A DNA stretch of 64,000 nucleotides from Takakia lepidozioides. Its lineage: Eukaryota > Plantae > Bryophyta. This document shows, in pieces, positions 14,132-26,660 of the stretch. Where the stretch lies: NCBI GenBank assembly GCA_030704615.1, contig CM060732.1:39618001-39682000 (forward strand), given 5' to 3'. Under the pieces are notes generated by a model that had not been told where the DNA came from, ran no database searches, and saw only the letters and a program-made list of their open reading frames with translations. How positions within the stretch are numbered: position 1 is the stretch's first letter; the number at the start of each line of letters is the position of its first letter. The translations under genes were made by a program, and so were the position numbers.

Positions 14132-14853
14132 CTACACCAACACATTTAGTTCGTAGTCAGCCTCTGAGCACTCCTGTGCTGACGACATCAGTCAGTTATC
14201 CACAAGACTGAAGCAAAGGCAGCACTAGTCGGGCAATAGACACTACCAGCAGAGACATACCAGTGAGGGGGCAAAGGAGGGATGACGATGGCAGACTAAA
14301 GTCCTCACCAGTGAGAGCACATGCTCGCAGTGAGTCGCATACAAACTTTTGATTCCTAGCAATATATAACAACCCGAAACAGGGGGCACACTGCTTCCAA
14401 TACAGACTCTGCAACTTTACTGCACAAAGTCACCTGAATCGATGCAAAAAGGCTACCATCTTCAGATTGTGGGCTGCAGGCCTGATCCTAGGTACTGAAA
14501 ACTAGCATCCACCCAGCAACCCAGAATACGCCCTCAAGTCTGTCAAGCTTTAAAGGTTTCATCCAAAGTTATGTTATTGTAGAATTTGCATGAAAGCAGG
14601 GCCCTAGAAATCAATAAAAGCATGCCTACCATCTCCAGCTGCTCAGTGGCTTTCTCCACATTCTAGCTACTATTTGCAAGTGGCCCTGGCCTCCCTGCAG
14701 CTGCCCATACTTATGGAGCTCTGACCCTTTCCGCCATTCGGCCAACACGTTCTTATAGAAGGAAGTAATCATAATGGATCCTTAAAAAGATGCTGAGGAA
14801 CAAGAGGTGAAGAGAAGATAAGGAAACACCCAAGATTAGAACAATATCCCTAC

Positions 14854-16611
14854 CTTCATGCATGCCCTGCTCTAATTGTATCCATGATCAATGCAGCATG
14901 ACGACTCCTGGAGACCAATGTCTCTGCCACAAATTACCCACCATGCAGGGGCCATCTGCATGACCAGCCACGCTATACTCACTAGGCTACCACCCCTTTA
15001 CCCACATTCATTTCCAAGACTTCCAAAAACAAAGACCTCAACGGCACACTCCTATGGTCATGACTGTGCTCTCTGGCATCTAGCATCTCCAATATTAGTT
15101 AAATCAATGTAAAGCAAAGACTCGGGGAGATTTACACTGCTCAGTCACCCCTAGTAAACCCCACAGACCTTTTCAAGAAATTCAAGTTGTTTATATGATA
15201 AATATATATATGGCAAGTTGATGACCAGGCTATCAACCCTTGCTGCTCGTGTGCATACAGGAGTTCACTACTACTAAATTCCTCCTGAATTGGTAATTTC
15301 TCAAATCCATCCTTTACCCTGCTCATATTTCATTGCAGACTTGTGTCGATCAGGACCAGTTATCTACAAGCCAAGATGCTCCACCCTTGAATGATAGACT
15401 TACTCCCAACAGCATAATATGTTCACTCTGATGGCTATTGCTCTCAAAGTGAGACTGGCAGAGAAACCTCAATTAGGAAATAACCTTGGGCCAATTTCGT
15501 GGATGCCTTTGACTTTCAAAAAGGTTCACCGAAGATGGGCACCAAAGATAGGCAGCAAGGAAGGGGAAACAAGGTAGGGAAAATATTATCAAATTGCACG
15601 TTTGAGTAGGAGTTAACAAGACTCATAAGGACCCCAGTGAACAGAACCCCGGAGACATGGCCAACAACAGGAGAATTGGTATGTAATCCACTGTAGCATC
15701 AATGCAGAGAAGAAAGAAGGTTGTTAACATTGCCCGAGGGCTCAAGGGGCATAGCGATGCTCGCTGACGCTTCAATCTAGACCATAAGGGAGAGACAAGC
15801 TTCCTCCAAATACTGAGTAAGAGATAAAATTCAGACAGAAGGGCCCACCATAGCAAGAACGAGAAGTTTGAAAAGGGGGATAAAAGCGCATTGACCGGCG
15901 CACTACGAGGGCATCGGCCACCACCCAGCAACGGAGAGAAGGAGTACTCCCACAGGACACACAACAGGATTGAGCAACCAGACATTTATAGACAAGGGGT
16001 AGAGAGAAGACGGCATTCACATACCCCGAGGCGAAGAGACCATCGTGCTGGTCCAAGCCTTGAGAGGGCTCCAGGATCGAGCTCGAGATGCATACAAAAT
16101 CTTGGCCCACGCCACTCCACTCTACAAGAATCCGTCCCCGCACCACTCTCCCCGATACTTCATACCCCACAGCTCACCAGCAGCCGGCTCCCACAATACC
16201 CACCTTGCAAAAGCTTGGAGGCGAGGCACAGCAACAGTGCCACAAGAATGCGAGGGTCCCACAAAGAAGCGAGAGTGTGAGAGTGTCGATTTGAAGCAGC
16301 GATAGGTTCTACGCAGGCTGCAGAGATTTCGAGAGACCTCCGGGTGATTGCCAAAGACCTGGTGAGGAAGACGGAGGCCGTCGCTAAAGACACGCTTCCG
16401 CCGAAAGATTTTCCCTCCGGGCAGCCTGCTCGCTACCCCACCCCTTCAACCCTATTGTTCGCCGGATAATCCCTGGCGGCCATCTCCGGTTAAAGCCTTT
16501 ATCCGTCGGAAGCAGCACCCATCTCTTTCCACTCTCCCCACCTTTCCTTACCTGCAGAGGAAAACGTAAAAGATGGGGCCCTCGAAAAAGAAACTTAGCT
16601 TCGGGCTGCAT
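14854..16611 (-). other. Tentative 5' exons of TOP1 (ATG 16611 to donor at 16551; possible 13-nt exon 14866-14854)
   Basis: ccgccATG...CTGCAG|gtaagg is phase 0 and cag|GGCATGCATGAAG|gtaggg is phase 0 to 1. Together they would join in frame to the phase-1 exon at 14131. Splice-site logic only. Confidence 0.35.
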
Positions 16612-16873
16612 GGCGGGCAGCACTCGCCTTGTTGCCCTCAACCGCGCGCGGTCCCCTCGCACGGTGCTCCAACTGTGCGGTCGACTGCGCGGCTCCTCGG
16701 TTTCGCCACATGCCTTCATAATAACCATGCCATCATCCCCATCCATATTTCGCCCCGTTCTACGCTTCGTTGCAGGCGTGGATGGATGGCTTCCCTTTCC
16801 GCCTCTATCCTACATTCACCTCATCCATCCATTATGTGGAGTGACAACCAAGTTGTAGGGCCCAGTGGTGGTG

Positions 16874-17014
16874 GGAAGTGGTTGTGGGGTCAATCCACTG
16901 ATTGGTGTCACAAATGTCCACCCTCCTGCTGGAAGGCAGTAGCCCTTCAGGGTCAAGAGTCACCACACCATAATGTAGCCTTTCTTCTGGAGGCGTCATA
17001 TATATATGTATATA
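16874..17014 (+). repeat. Short interspersed element sharing the Dualen-like 3' RNA structure and (TA)n tail
   Basis: Aligns with 50732-50849; ends GGCGTCA(TA)n like the LINE ending at 50184. Confidence 0.7.
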
Positions 17015-18290
17015 GGATTCACCATCCTCCCAATCCGCTTAGTTGGGTAATACTAGGACGCAATCCCATTTACGCTCTCATTGTTAGAATTAGGGTGGGA
17101 AAACCTCATTCCGCCGGTTCCACGTTTTTGCCCCAGGAATTCAATCCAATCGTTTTCCGGTTTTTGCCTAGAATTGGGTAAAGTTCCGGAGGTAAAGTTC
17201 CGGAGCTCCTGGGGATAAACCGGGGAAAACACTTGGGCAGGAACTCTTAGGGCTTTTGTTTTTTCTTGTTTTGATTTTGGAAAATATTTCACTGATGAGG
17301 GGGGAAAATAAAACCGCCATAAGGCCATAATGAAGGCAATTACACACCAGAGTGGGTGAGTGGTGAGTACGTAGTTATTTATTGATGAATTCTCAGAAGT
17401 TGAAGTTCTAGAAGAGAGTTTGACACTAGAATAGATACTGAAGTCCAAAAATATTATTATGCATAGTAAATCGGGTGAGCATGGAGGCTTTATCTTTTTT
17501 AATCCTAGTCATAGGAATTACATGTTTTCAAAAAGGAGAAAAAAAACCATATATAAAATCTAATTCAAAGAGCATTTTCTCAAGGCAAAACCGTGGGTGT
17601 ATGGTTGAAAACCCTAAAACTATAGCGACGGCAGAGGAGGTCACAAGTCACAAACCTAAGCAGCGGAGCGTTTCATTTTAAGAAACCCCTACTGATATAG
17701 CTTGAATCAAAACTTTTTATACCAAAATCCAACTATCCCACATCCAATTTTTTACTGTCATATAGGCTTAGGTGTATATTTTGCTCAAGATGCCTATATA
17801 TGTTGATAAATTTTATGGATTTCTCGGTCTCGCCCTGAGAAATTACATTTGAATAATTGAAAGTAGTTTCAGGGGGTCAGAGTTTCGACATGCAGTACTA
17901 TCCATCTTAAAGGTGATCTGAAGTCTCACCGCGTATCTCTCGCCCGAAAGGGCCCAATATCTGGTGAGCACAACGTGAGCAAAAACCTGAGTTTCACAAT
18001 TTATCATTTCACAGTGGAATTCTCCAAGTATCTGGGGAATATGCAAAATATATCATCGTGCTTGCATAAGCATGCTCCAACAACTTTCCGGGCTCGGTCC
18101 AAACTGGTTAATAGATTTGTTTAGATCTCAAAGCCCTTCGAGACCCGATAAATTATAATGAAAATATATATAACATATCATCAAAATAATCATAATATGA
18201 TAGAAGTAATCGAGGGAATTTGATAAAGGCTTTACCAACTGAGGTGCATTCGGTACACATTTTATGTGGGAAAGTTGTAAAAACTATATT

Positions 18291-18433
18291 GGTGCGAGGC
18301 TTTGGAGACGTATGAACAAATGATGGGGGAGGGGGTGAAGCCCAACCACATCATGTTTGTGTGCGTGTGTAAGCCGCAGCCTTGGAAAAGGGCAAAGAGG
18401 TCCATGGCGACATCACCAAAGCTAGAATTGTAC
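18291..18433 (+). pseudogene. Isolated PLS-PPR gene fragment (partial P and L motifs)
   Basis: Reads EALETYEQMMGEGVKPNHIMFVCV...ALEKGKEVHGDITKARIV, closely matching repeats of the PPR gene at 56-58 kb; frameshifted. Confidence 0.8.
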
Positions 18434-19034
18434 ATCTCCGCCGCGGGTCCCTAAATGCCCCGGCAACGGCAAAGGAGCCCCCGGCCCTGGTATCCGCACC
18501 CTAGGGCCCGTACTTTCGTGCAGGATACAGGCCCTCTAGGCCCGGCCGGTACCTGCTGGAGCGACTAAAAAACACGACTGCCTGCATTTATGGCGTGAGG
18601 GTAAGGCGGCGTCTGTCCGGGCGGTCCCTCCAGAACAAGGCACGTCAGCCAAAAAGACATGTGCAAGGTAGTTTGATGGGGTTGCCGCTAGGGGAGGGGA
18701 GTGTTGGAGGCCGTAGGAGGTTACCGTTGTAGTGTTGTTTGGCGTACCCCCGGTGGAGATGCTCTAAGCAAATCCACTTCAACTATTTCCTTAGCATCGT
18801 GAAGTCTGCATAAAGAATAAATGATACTAGAACTACACTTATGCGTGACAAATCTACATATGGGTGTCAAATCCCATACAAGATGGACAGAGAAACGAAG
18901 TGTGGTGTTTCTTACGCATGGACGACGTATTAAGCTGTTCAAGCACTCAATTCAGTCCATCTTACAGTGGAGCTCAATATGGGGTTGAATATCCATATAA
19001 GTATCAAGATATCTCAGCACTTACAATATAAGAT

Positions 19035-19600
19035 AAAGCAAAATGGCCTTTCCTGGGACAATGATTGGCCCGAGACTTATAGAAATATGAACAATTTTGG
19101 TCGCTGAAAGTTCACCTAAATACAAAATTAAGTGTTGGAATGACATTGGAGGTCGTACTTGGGCCTCTACATGGGATACATAGGAGATTGCACTTTGTAC
19201 TTAGATGGGCCTTAGGAGTCACACTTGGATACACATGAAATTGCACTTGGTCTTAGATTTCAATTCTTCACACATGGGCCAACGGCACAGGCTACCCTAG
19301 TCAATATATAAAAGCAAGGTGTTTTGTTTGTTTTGTTTTGTTTTGTAGCCTCATTCATATGTCCCAAACCACGGGCCAGCCTTGGTGCTTAGTGCCGTTG
19401 GAAAGCCCTCACTGAAGAGGGGTGGACCGACTTGGTCTCATACTTTTTGGACTTGTAGTGTGGGCGATATGGAATTTCAAGTACTTCTGGTTGCTGGAAA
19501 TTCGTGAAAAATAGCAAAGTGGGCTTTCCTGGAGCAATGATTGGCCTTTCATTTGTCTTTTGTGCACGTGGACAATAAATATAAATTGGGCTTTTTTAAA
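19035..19600 (+). mobile_element. Two non-autonomous Helitron-like units joined head-to-tail at 19300/19301
   Basis: 3' end gccaacggcacaggctaccCTAG is followed directly by 5' end TCAATATATAAAAGC; both match the termini of 47175-50313. Outer limits approximate. Confidence 0.65.
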
Positions 19601-20680
19601 TACAAAAGAAGAGAAGACATCAAAACAATGACCATGAAGCCACTGTATAAGACCAGACATACACTGGTGTAAAGTTCTACGGTAGTTGAACACTTGTCCA
19701 GCGACCCTAGACCCCAACATGCATGGGAATGAAAAGCTACCGAGTCCATCCCACTGAACTCATCAGTTTCCAACCACAGGTATTAAGAGCACAAACCTCT
19801 CTGTTAATACTGTATCTCAAATCCAGAAACGTCCAATGATACCACATATGTACATAAACAGAACCTCATGTAGAGAATAAGTGTTAACATGTAGATCTGC
19901 TTCATACAAGCAGTGCACGTACAAATGAATGAGCTCCAAAAAGACAGCAGACTAACAAGCACGTTTGAGACCTAACCCACAAGTCAAAGGAGAGCAGGTT
20001 CACATAATTCAAGCAGCAATTGTTTTGCGACCTGTTAGAGTTGGTAACCACCAGTTGTCTTGCACTTTCAGATCTTACTCACATTTGTACGCTACAATTG
20101 AAGCACATAAATATCCAAAAAGCGAGCAATACTGAAGTACACTCGCTAATTAAGCATGTAAAAGTAGCACAATCGCATATTTGCATTAAACAAGGCAACA
20201 CTCCAATTCATGTGAAATAATAATATCAAGTGTTTTGGAATTTAAATCTACATCAAATATCAACACTAGAGAACCTACATCCAGATAACAACATACCTTT
20301 CAATCTGTAATTCGGAGCATCTTGTTTGAAGACCTGCAATCTGACAACTCCTCATCCTTGTCCTCTGGTGGTTATGGTAGTTCTCCAAGCAACTTGTCAT
20401 CCTCCCGTTTTGGGAATTCATAATTGAGAACATGACGAAGAAAAAAAAAATCTGTATGTCAAACGTCTCGACCGAAAGTCCGTAAGCTACTCGACTACCC
20501 TGTCGAAGCATTGGAATCTACTCCACGTCTAAAATCTGACCTCTTGAAGATTTTGGAGTATCTCAACCTCTCCCTCCTCCAGCTACACTTTGCGAAATGA
20601 AGCTACAGAATACGTGTGCAGTAGTGTTGCGAGACTCCTAATTTAGAGAAGGGCTGGTGAGATAATGGATGAGATCAGCC

Positions 20681-20977
20681 TGTCATGCGCATACATATCG
20701 CTACACAACTACATCGTTGTCCAAAACCACACAACACATGTGCACACCAAACACTAGTCTATCACTAGTCTATCACTAGTCCACCACTAGTGCATCGCTA
20801 GTCCTGCCACTAGTGCAACCACTAGTCCACCACTAGGCTGCCACTAGCCACCCACTAGTGAGCCACTAGTCCAACCACTAGGCTGCCACTAGCCACCACT
20901 AGTACAGCCACTAGTCCAACCACTAGGCTGCTACTAGCCACCACTAGTGCAGCCACTAGTCCATCACAATCGCCCCC
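20681..20977 (-). repeat. Terminal B segment with tandem 10-11-bp CCACTAG(T) repeats
   Basis: Homologous to 34866-35062 (reverse) and 44321-44445; repeat number differs between copies. Confidence 0.9.
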
Positions 20978-21749
20978 GATAAAGAAAGAATGATACAAGC
21001 ACACAAGCTCTCTCGAAGAAAGCAGCTAGCGCGTGAGCGTGCTCATGTGAGCGCGCTCACGCTTAGCGCACTAAGCGTGAATAGATTCCCTTAAGCGTGA
21101 GCAGAAAATGGAAGTGGAGCATATAACCGTGGAAGAAGCAGGGCCTATTGTTGTGGATGCAAACTTGTGCAAATTGGAGGGTAACATACCATGTCGGGAC
21201 CGAAGACGCCAACCTCCATGCAAGAAAATCTGAGATGAATGTGCACGAAAAACTTTTCGATGAAGGTAAGCAAGGATGAATGGCAAAGATGAATGGATGA
21301 ATGTAGGATGAATGTGGAATGAAAAATGATTGGATGAATGTACCATAAATGACTGAAATAAGATTGCTTGTAAAAGAACATTCATGACATTCATGGGATT
21401 CATCTCATTCATCTCATTCATTCATCTCATAGAAAGTGTAGCCATAACCCATAAAACAAGATTGATCGAGCAAAAAAAATTGTGGCGGACGTAGATCAAT
21501 GTGACATTGGAAAAAATGCAGATTTTGATGGCCTTCGTTGCCAATAACCAGCACGAAGGCATTTGCAAGTCCACCTGGTTGGAACACAAACATGTATTGC
21601 AAAACAAGATTGAAGATTGATCTCAGTCTAAGAAAATGTTGTCATTAACCAGCATGAAGCCATCTCCAAAGTCGGATACACTTTAGATTTTCATAACAAT
21701 GACATGACATAATAACCGGCAGAGTTGCAATGCAAATCCCGACTACATC

Positions 21750-23053
21750 TCAAATTGAACCCGAACTATCTCGCTGCAGTTGTGTATGAACGTCACCGAG
21801 TCCTAATGTACATTGGTGAATGTACGTGTCCCGTTTAGGATCGCAAAACATCCTCTGAATGTAGATGTAGTAAAGATGCTTGCACGGGACAAATTTGCCT
21901 CTCTTACCAAGAGAGCTTGAGAGCGTGTTCTGAAAGTCCGGACAAGTGCAACTAGGAAAATCTCCAATGGTAATCTCATAGGTCCTGTCATGAACATCCG
22001 ATCTAGAGGTGGCCATGGTGTGCACCCGCCCATAGCCTGACAAGGGGATATTCACAATTTGGGTGACGCGACACTGCAGGGTTCTAGCAGACTTTATCTT
22101 GCACTCATTATCTACACCAGCCTCAACCCAAAATACCGCATTTCCATTCTTTTTTGTGGACCAATTGTTGTCTTGTCGAGGACATGCAGGAAAGTTGGAA
22201 GGGAAAGCCATTGGAGAAACCGGCGTTACGACAGTTGGGCCTCTCAGAAGGCGAAACCCGGCCTCCTCCAGCATGTCAATTTCCAGTTTGGAGAGTGTGG
22301 TTCCTAACTTCAGTGGCCACACGGCTGGAATTTGAGGCTTCATTATCACAGAATCCCGAACAGTCCCCATGACACAGCGCACAGTGTCATCCGGGCAGAA
22401 CCAAAACTTGTGAGGCCTAGACTCCCGCGACATGTAATGCTTGAACAAGCCGGTGAATGTCGAGGCAGGAGTTCCGCATGTCCCCTTCGAAATCTAGGCG
22501 GTGCACTTCTGAAACGAGGGTGCCCTAATAGCGACACACTTGACTTTTGATCCTTGGGAGTCCGTTCTATATGCCACATTGCCTCTGTACAGTCAGACTC
22601 CACTACCGGCAGCATGTTCTCCCCTTCTCCTCGGACTGTAGTGGTTGGAGACTCGAGAGGGAACGATGCTGAAGAAGATTCATCCACGAAAGTGGGGGGG
22701 CACAGGCACACGAGGTACCGAGAAGTTGTCCCTATCGTGGAATTGAGCAGGCCATTAACAAAGCAACGGATTTATGCCGCAAAAACATTGTCACAGCGTT
22801 CACCAAACAGCTTCGTATAGCTGATCCTAGTCTCGGTGCAGGATTCCTGGACCAGGTGCGGCTCCATTGGAACAAGAGTGACAAGCCAGAAATGACATAG
22901 GAGAAGTGGCATAGGCTTGCAATGGCAATGGTGGAGCCAAAGCACAAGATGCGATCGCTTAAGATCTAGAACTCTGACCCTGTCCTCTGTCAGGCAAACA
23001 ACTTTCATTTCGTGGGGCCTTTCAGCGATGTCGACTGGGACAAGTGGCTCCAT
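21750..23053 (-). pseudogene. SWIM zinc-finger protein remnant, probably transposon-associated
   Basis: YEITIGDFPSCTCPDF...CKHLYYIY (CxC...CxH SWIM). Upstream part broken by a frameshift (about 22545) and a stop (about 22495). Flanked by palindromes at 21047-21080 and 23457-23757. Confidence 0.7.
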
Positions 23054-24152
23054 AAAGCGACATTTTGGTGCCAGGTGCAGAAATCATCCTGCCTTTGTCG
23101 TCGCAATAACTTGCATTGAAATTACAATTGTTTGTAAACGCATCGTAACACAAGCTTGTGTCTTGGCAGCTGGAGGAGAGGGGTTTGGAAGTTATGGAGC
23201 AAACTCTTCATGACTTCAAAATCGAGGTAATTTAGCCCGATGAATCTTTCGGCACTTTCATTCGGAGGTGGAAAGAGATTGTTTGGAAGTATGCCTTCTT
23301 TCGTGAATTTGCAATAAAGGGGGGAATTCTGTGCTCTAATCTGTTCAATGCGTAGTACAATGGGGAGCAGGCAATGAAGCGAGTCAATTACAGGTTAGAT
23401 TGGAACTACATTCCCATTTGCATTTGCTTCCTTTTAGACCCGATTGCACTCTATGTTCAGGCTTGCGCTAACGCAAGTCTGATCACAGTATTTGATATGG
23501 CTACGTACCTTGGTATCACAGACGTTTTTGTGCACACCGTTAACGCAAGCCTAAACCTTGCTCTGAAACTCTTCCCCTTCTTACACTCTGTGCACTTGTG
23601 CAAATCCAAGAAAACCACAACAAGACTGACCAAGAGTGTTTTTTTATTTTATTTTATTAATATTTTTTAATATTTTTTAATTTTTTTATTTATAAAACAT
23701 TTACGAAAGGGGACTGTTTTCAGACCAGGGTTCAGGCTTGCGTTAACGCAAGCCTGACCAAGAGTGTGTTTATTTTTATTTATTTATTTTTTAATCTTTA
23801 ATTTTTTATAGGAAAGGGAACTGGTTTCAAACCAGGTGTCAAGTTATTTTACCACTAGTGTGAAACTAGCTAGGAAATAGCTAGCTTTTACATATTGACA
23901 TTTGGGATTGGCCCAAGTGTCAATCCAGGGGTCAAGGCAGATTTAGGCCCTGGAGTGGTTATCTTCACGGCAAGCGCGGGAGGCTCATCTTTCTCGAGTT
24001 GAGCCTCACCGCGCCTAGCTATGGCGCCGTAGTGTGGATTCCCCATGGCGTGGGGTGCACTTGGCTTGACTTGTATTTGAGTGATGAGGTTATATATGCA
24101 TGAGTTTATGCTTCAGATTTGTGAGCTCGTGCTTGTATCCTTCTTCTTTATC

Positions 24153-24169
24153 ACTCGAGAAAGATGAGC
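24153..24169 (+). promoter_or_regulatory. Self-priming primer-binding site (Tf1-like)
   Basis: ACTCGAGAAAGATGAGC is the perfect reverse complement of 23983-23999 in the A segment and directly follows ...TTTATC(A). The pairing is nearly conserved in the other two copies. Confidence 0.7.
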
Positions 24170-25596
24170 TCGTATCTGTGAGTGCCAAATACGAGTTAGT
24201 TGTAGCACTTGTGGTTTTTGCTTGAGAATGAGAGAAACCAAGTGGTTATGCAAGGAGCACCGTGGAGCTCTTGGTTGTTAGAAGCGGAGGTGATGTGGGT
24301 TACGAGGTGGTAGACCTTGGCATTCGATCTTCAGCTTCAGAGATGAAAGCACCATGCTGCAGGTAATTCCAGAGCACCTTGATGGTTTCAGATTGTGTAC
24401 ATGCATGAGCAAGCACGATTGGGAAGAGGACCAGTCAAGAGCAGGTTATAGTGGCTTTGGTGGCAAAGCTGAGAACTGGACTTGGGAATGCGAGCTTTCA
24501 TTGTGTGAAGGATTGCAAGACCAAGCGAAAGGGTTGATTTGGCTTGGGGCAAATTAGTGCACCTTGTGGAGTATGGTGAGATTGGGTTTCCATCTCGAGC
24601 TTCAGCATTGAGAGGGCTCTTGTCATGGCAAGAGCAGGGCTGGAACAGGAGCTAAGAGGTGCGGCAAGGCCATGGAATGTGCACCTAGGGTTTCAGAGCT
24701 TGGAAGAAGAGCTCTTGCACCACAAGAGAAGTGTCTTGTGGCTGGAAATGTAAGCCTTAGGGTTTCAGGAGCTTGGCAAAGGCTGTGGAGTGCTTAGTCT
24801 TGTCTTAGAGAGCATCAAGGAGCCAAGGAGCCAAGATAGGGGGCTGATATCTCTTGTGTGAAGAGGTTGCATGTGTGGAGCATGTATTCAGCTCATTGAA
24901 GCTTCCATCTTCAAGCTTGGAGGGCAAGCAAGGAAGTGGGAAGGGCTGACTTCCCTTATGCGAGGGCAATGCATGTGTGGAGCATGCTATCAGCCTGATG
25001 AAGGCTTGCACTTTCAGGTTTGTGGGTGCAAGAAATGAAGCAAAGGAGCTGATTCTCTTATGGTGAGAGTGGGGCATGTGTGGAGCATGCCTTCAGCCCA
25101 TTGAGGCTCTTGTTTTCAAGCTTTAGAGAGCTAGAACGGAAGGTCTAGGGCTGGTTTCCACTTGGAGTGAAAGAAAAGCACTTGTAGGGCCTATGTGAGT
25201 TGGGGTTTCAACTTCAAGCTTGAAGGGAGCGCAACTCTTGAAGCAGCAGGTGTAGGGGGCTGGAATAGGCTCTAAGACAGATGTTATGGCCAAGGAGAGT
25301 GCTTGAATGAGTGCTCACAAGGGCTGGGAACCAGCAGGGCTTGGTTGTTTGCCATTGAGTTTAGTGGCGTGTTTGGGGAGGCTAAGTGAGAAAGAAGGCT
25401 TGGTTTGTGGCAACCACCTCATGGCTTAGGGCTACTATGGTGGTGTGTGGGAGCCGAAAGAGCAAGAATACCTTGTTGATTTCCTCACAGCCGCCATAGC
25501 TCAGTGGAAAGAAGCCTAGAGTCCAAGAGAGACAAACCCTAGCTTGGCGTGGCTAAACCCCTTCGAGAAATGGCTAAACTGCTAGAGCGGCCATGG

Positions 25597-26660
25597 ATGG
25601 GGCTGTGACGGGCTGTGCCTGAGGCCTTTGGGGCTGTGACGGGCTGTGTCAGGCCGTGCCTGAGGCCTGTGGGGCTGTGACAGGCTGTGCCCAGTGGCCT
25701 GTGGGGCTGTGACGGGCTGTGCCCTGTGCCCTGTGGGGCTGTGACGAGCTGTGACGGGCTGTGCGGGGCTGTGACAAGCTGTGCCCAGTGGCCTGTGGGG
25801 CTGTGACAGGCTGTGCCCAGTGGCCTGTGGGGCTGTGACGGGCTGTGAGGGGCTGTGATAGGCCATGCTTGAGGCCTTTGGGGCTGTGATGGGCTGTGAG
25901 GGGCTGTGACAGGCCGTGCCTGAGGCCTTTGAGGCTGTGACGGGCTGTGAGGGGCTGTGACAGGCCGTGCCCATGGCCTTTGGGGCTGTGACGGGCTGCG
26001 CCAGTGGCCTTCGGGGCTGTGACGGGCTATGAGGGCCTGTGCCGGTGGCCTTCGGGGTCGTGACGTGCTGTGAGGGCCTGTGACGGGCTACGCCGGTGGC
26101 CTTGGGGGCTGTGAGGGGCTGTGTCAGGCCGTGCCTGAGGCATGTGGGGCTGTGACGGGCTGTGAGGGGCTGTGACAGGCTGTGCCCGTGGCCTTTGGGG
26201 CTGTGAGGGGCTGTGACAGGTTGTGCCCAGTGGCCTGTGGGGCTGTGACGGGCTGTGCGGGGCTGTGATAGGCTGTGCCCAGTGGCCTGTGGGGCTGTGA
26301 CGGGCTGTGAGGGGCTGTGACAGGCTGATCCCGTGGCCTTTGGGGCTGTGAGGGGCTGTGACAGGCTATGCCCATGGCCTTTGGGGCTGTGACGGGCTGT
26401 GAGGGGCTGTGTCAGGCCGTGCCTGAGGCCTTTGGGGCTGTGAGGGGCTGTGGCGAGCTGTGACGGGCTGTGAGGGGCTCTGACAGGCTGTGCCCAGTGG
26501 CCTATGGGGCTGTGACGGGCTGTGCGGGGCTGTGACAGGCTGTGTGGGGCTGTGATGGGCTGTGACAGGCTCTGGCGAGCTGTGACGGGCTTTGAGGGGC
26601 TGTGACAGGCTGTGCCCAGTGGCCTATGGGACTGTGACGGCTGTGACCAGTGAGCTGTGT
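25597..26660 (+). repeat. About 1.05-kb GC-rich minisatellite, 10-bp core GGGCTGTGA(C/G) with higher-order units
   Basis: Directly visible; lies in the 5' untranslated region of the inner element. Confidence 0.95.

Noticed and set aside
13528-14211. 227-aa plus-strand ORF (and 12346-12813)
   Set aside because: Antisense shadows of TOP1 exons.
20750-20965. CRISPR-like array
   Set aside because: Short degenerate tandem units without unique spacers, in a eukaryotic retroelement terminus.
24022-24038. TGGCGCCGT as a tRNA (Asp/Lys-type) PBS
   Set aside because: It lies inside the repeated A segment, is not preceded by an LTR-terminal CA and matches only about 9 nt; the self-complementary site at 24153 fits better.
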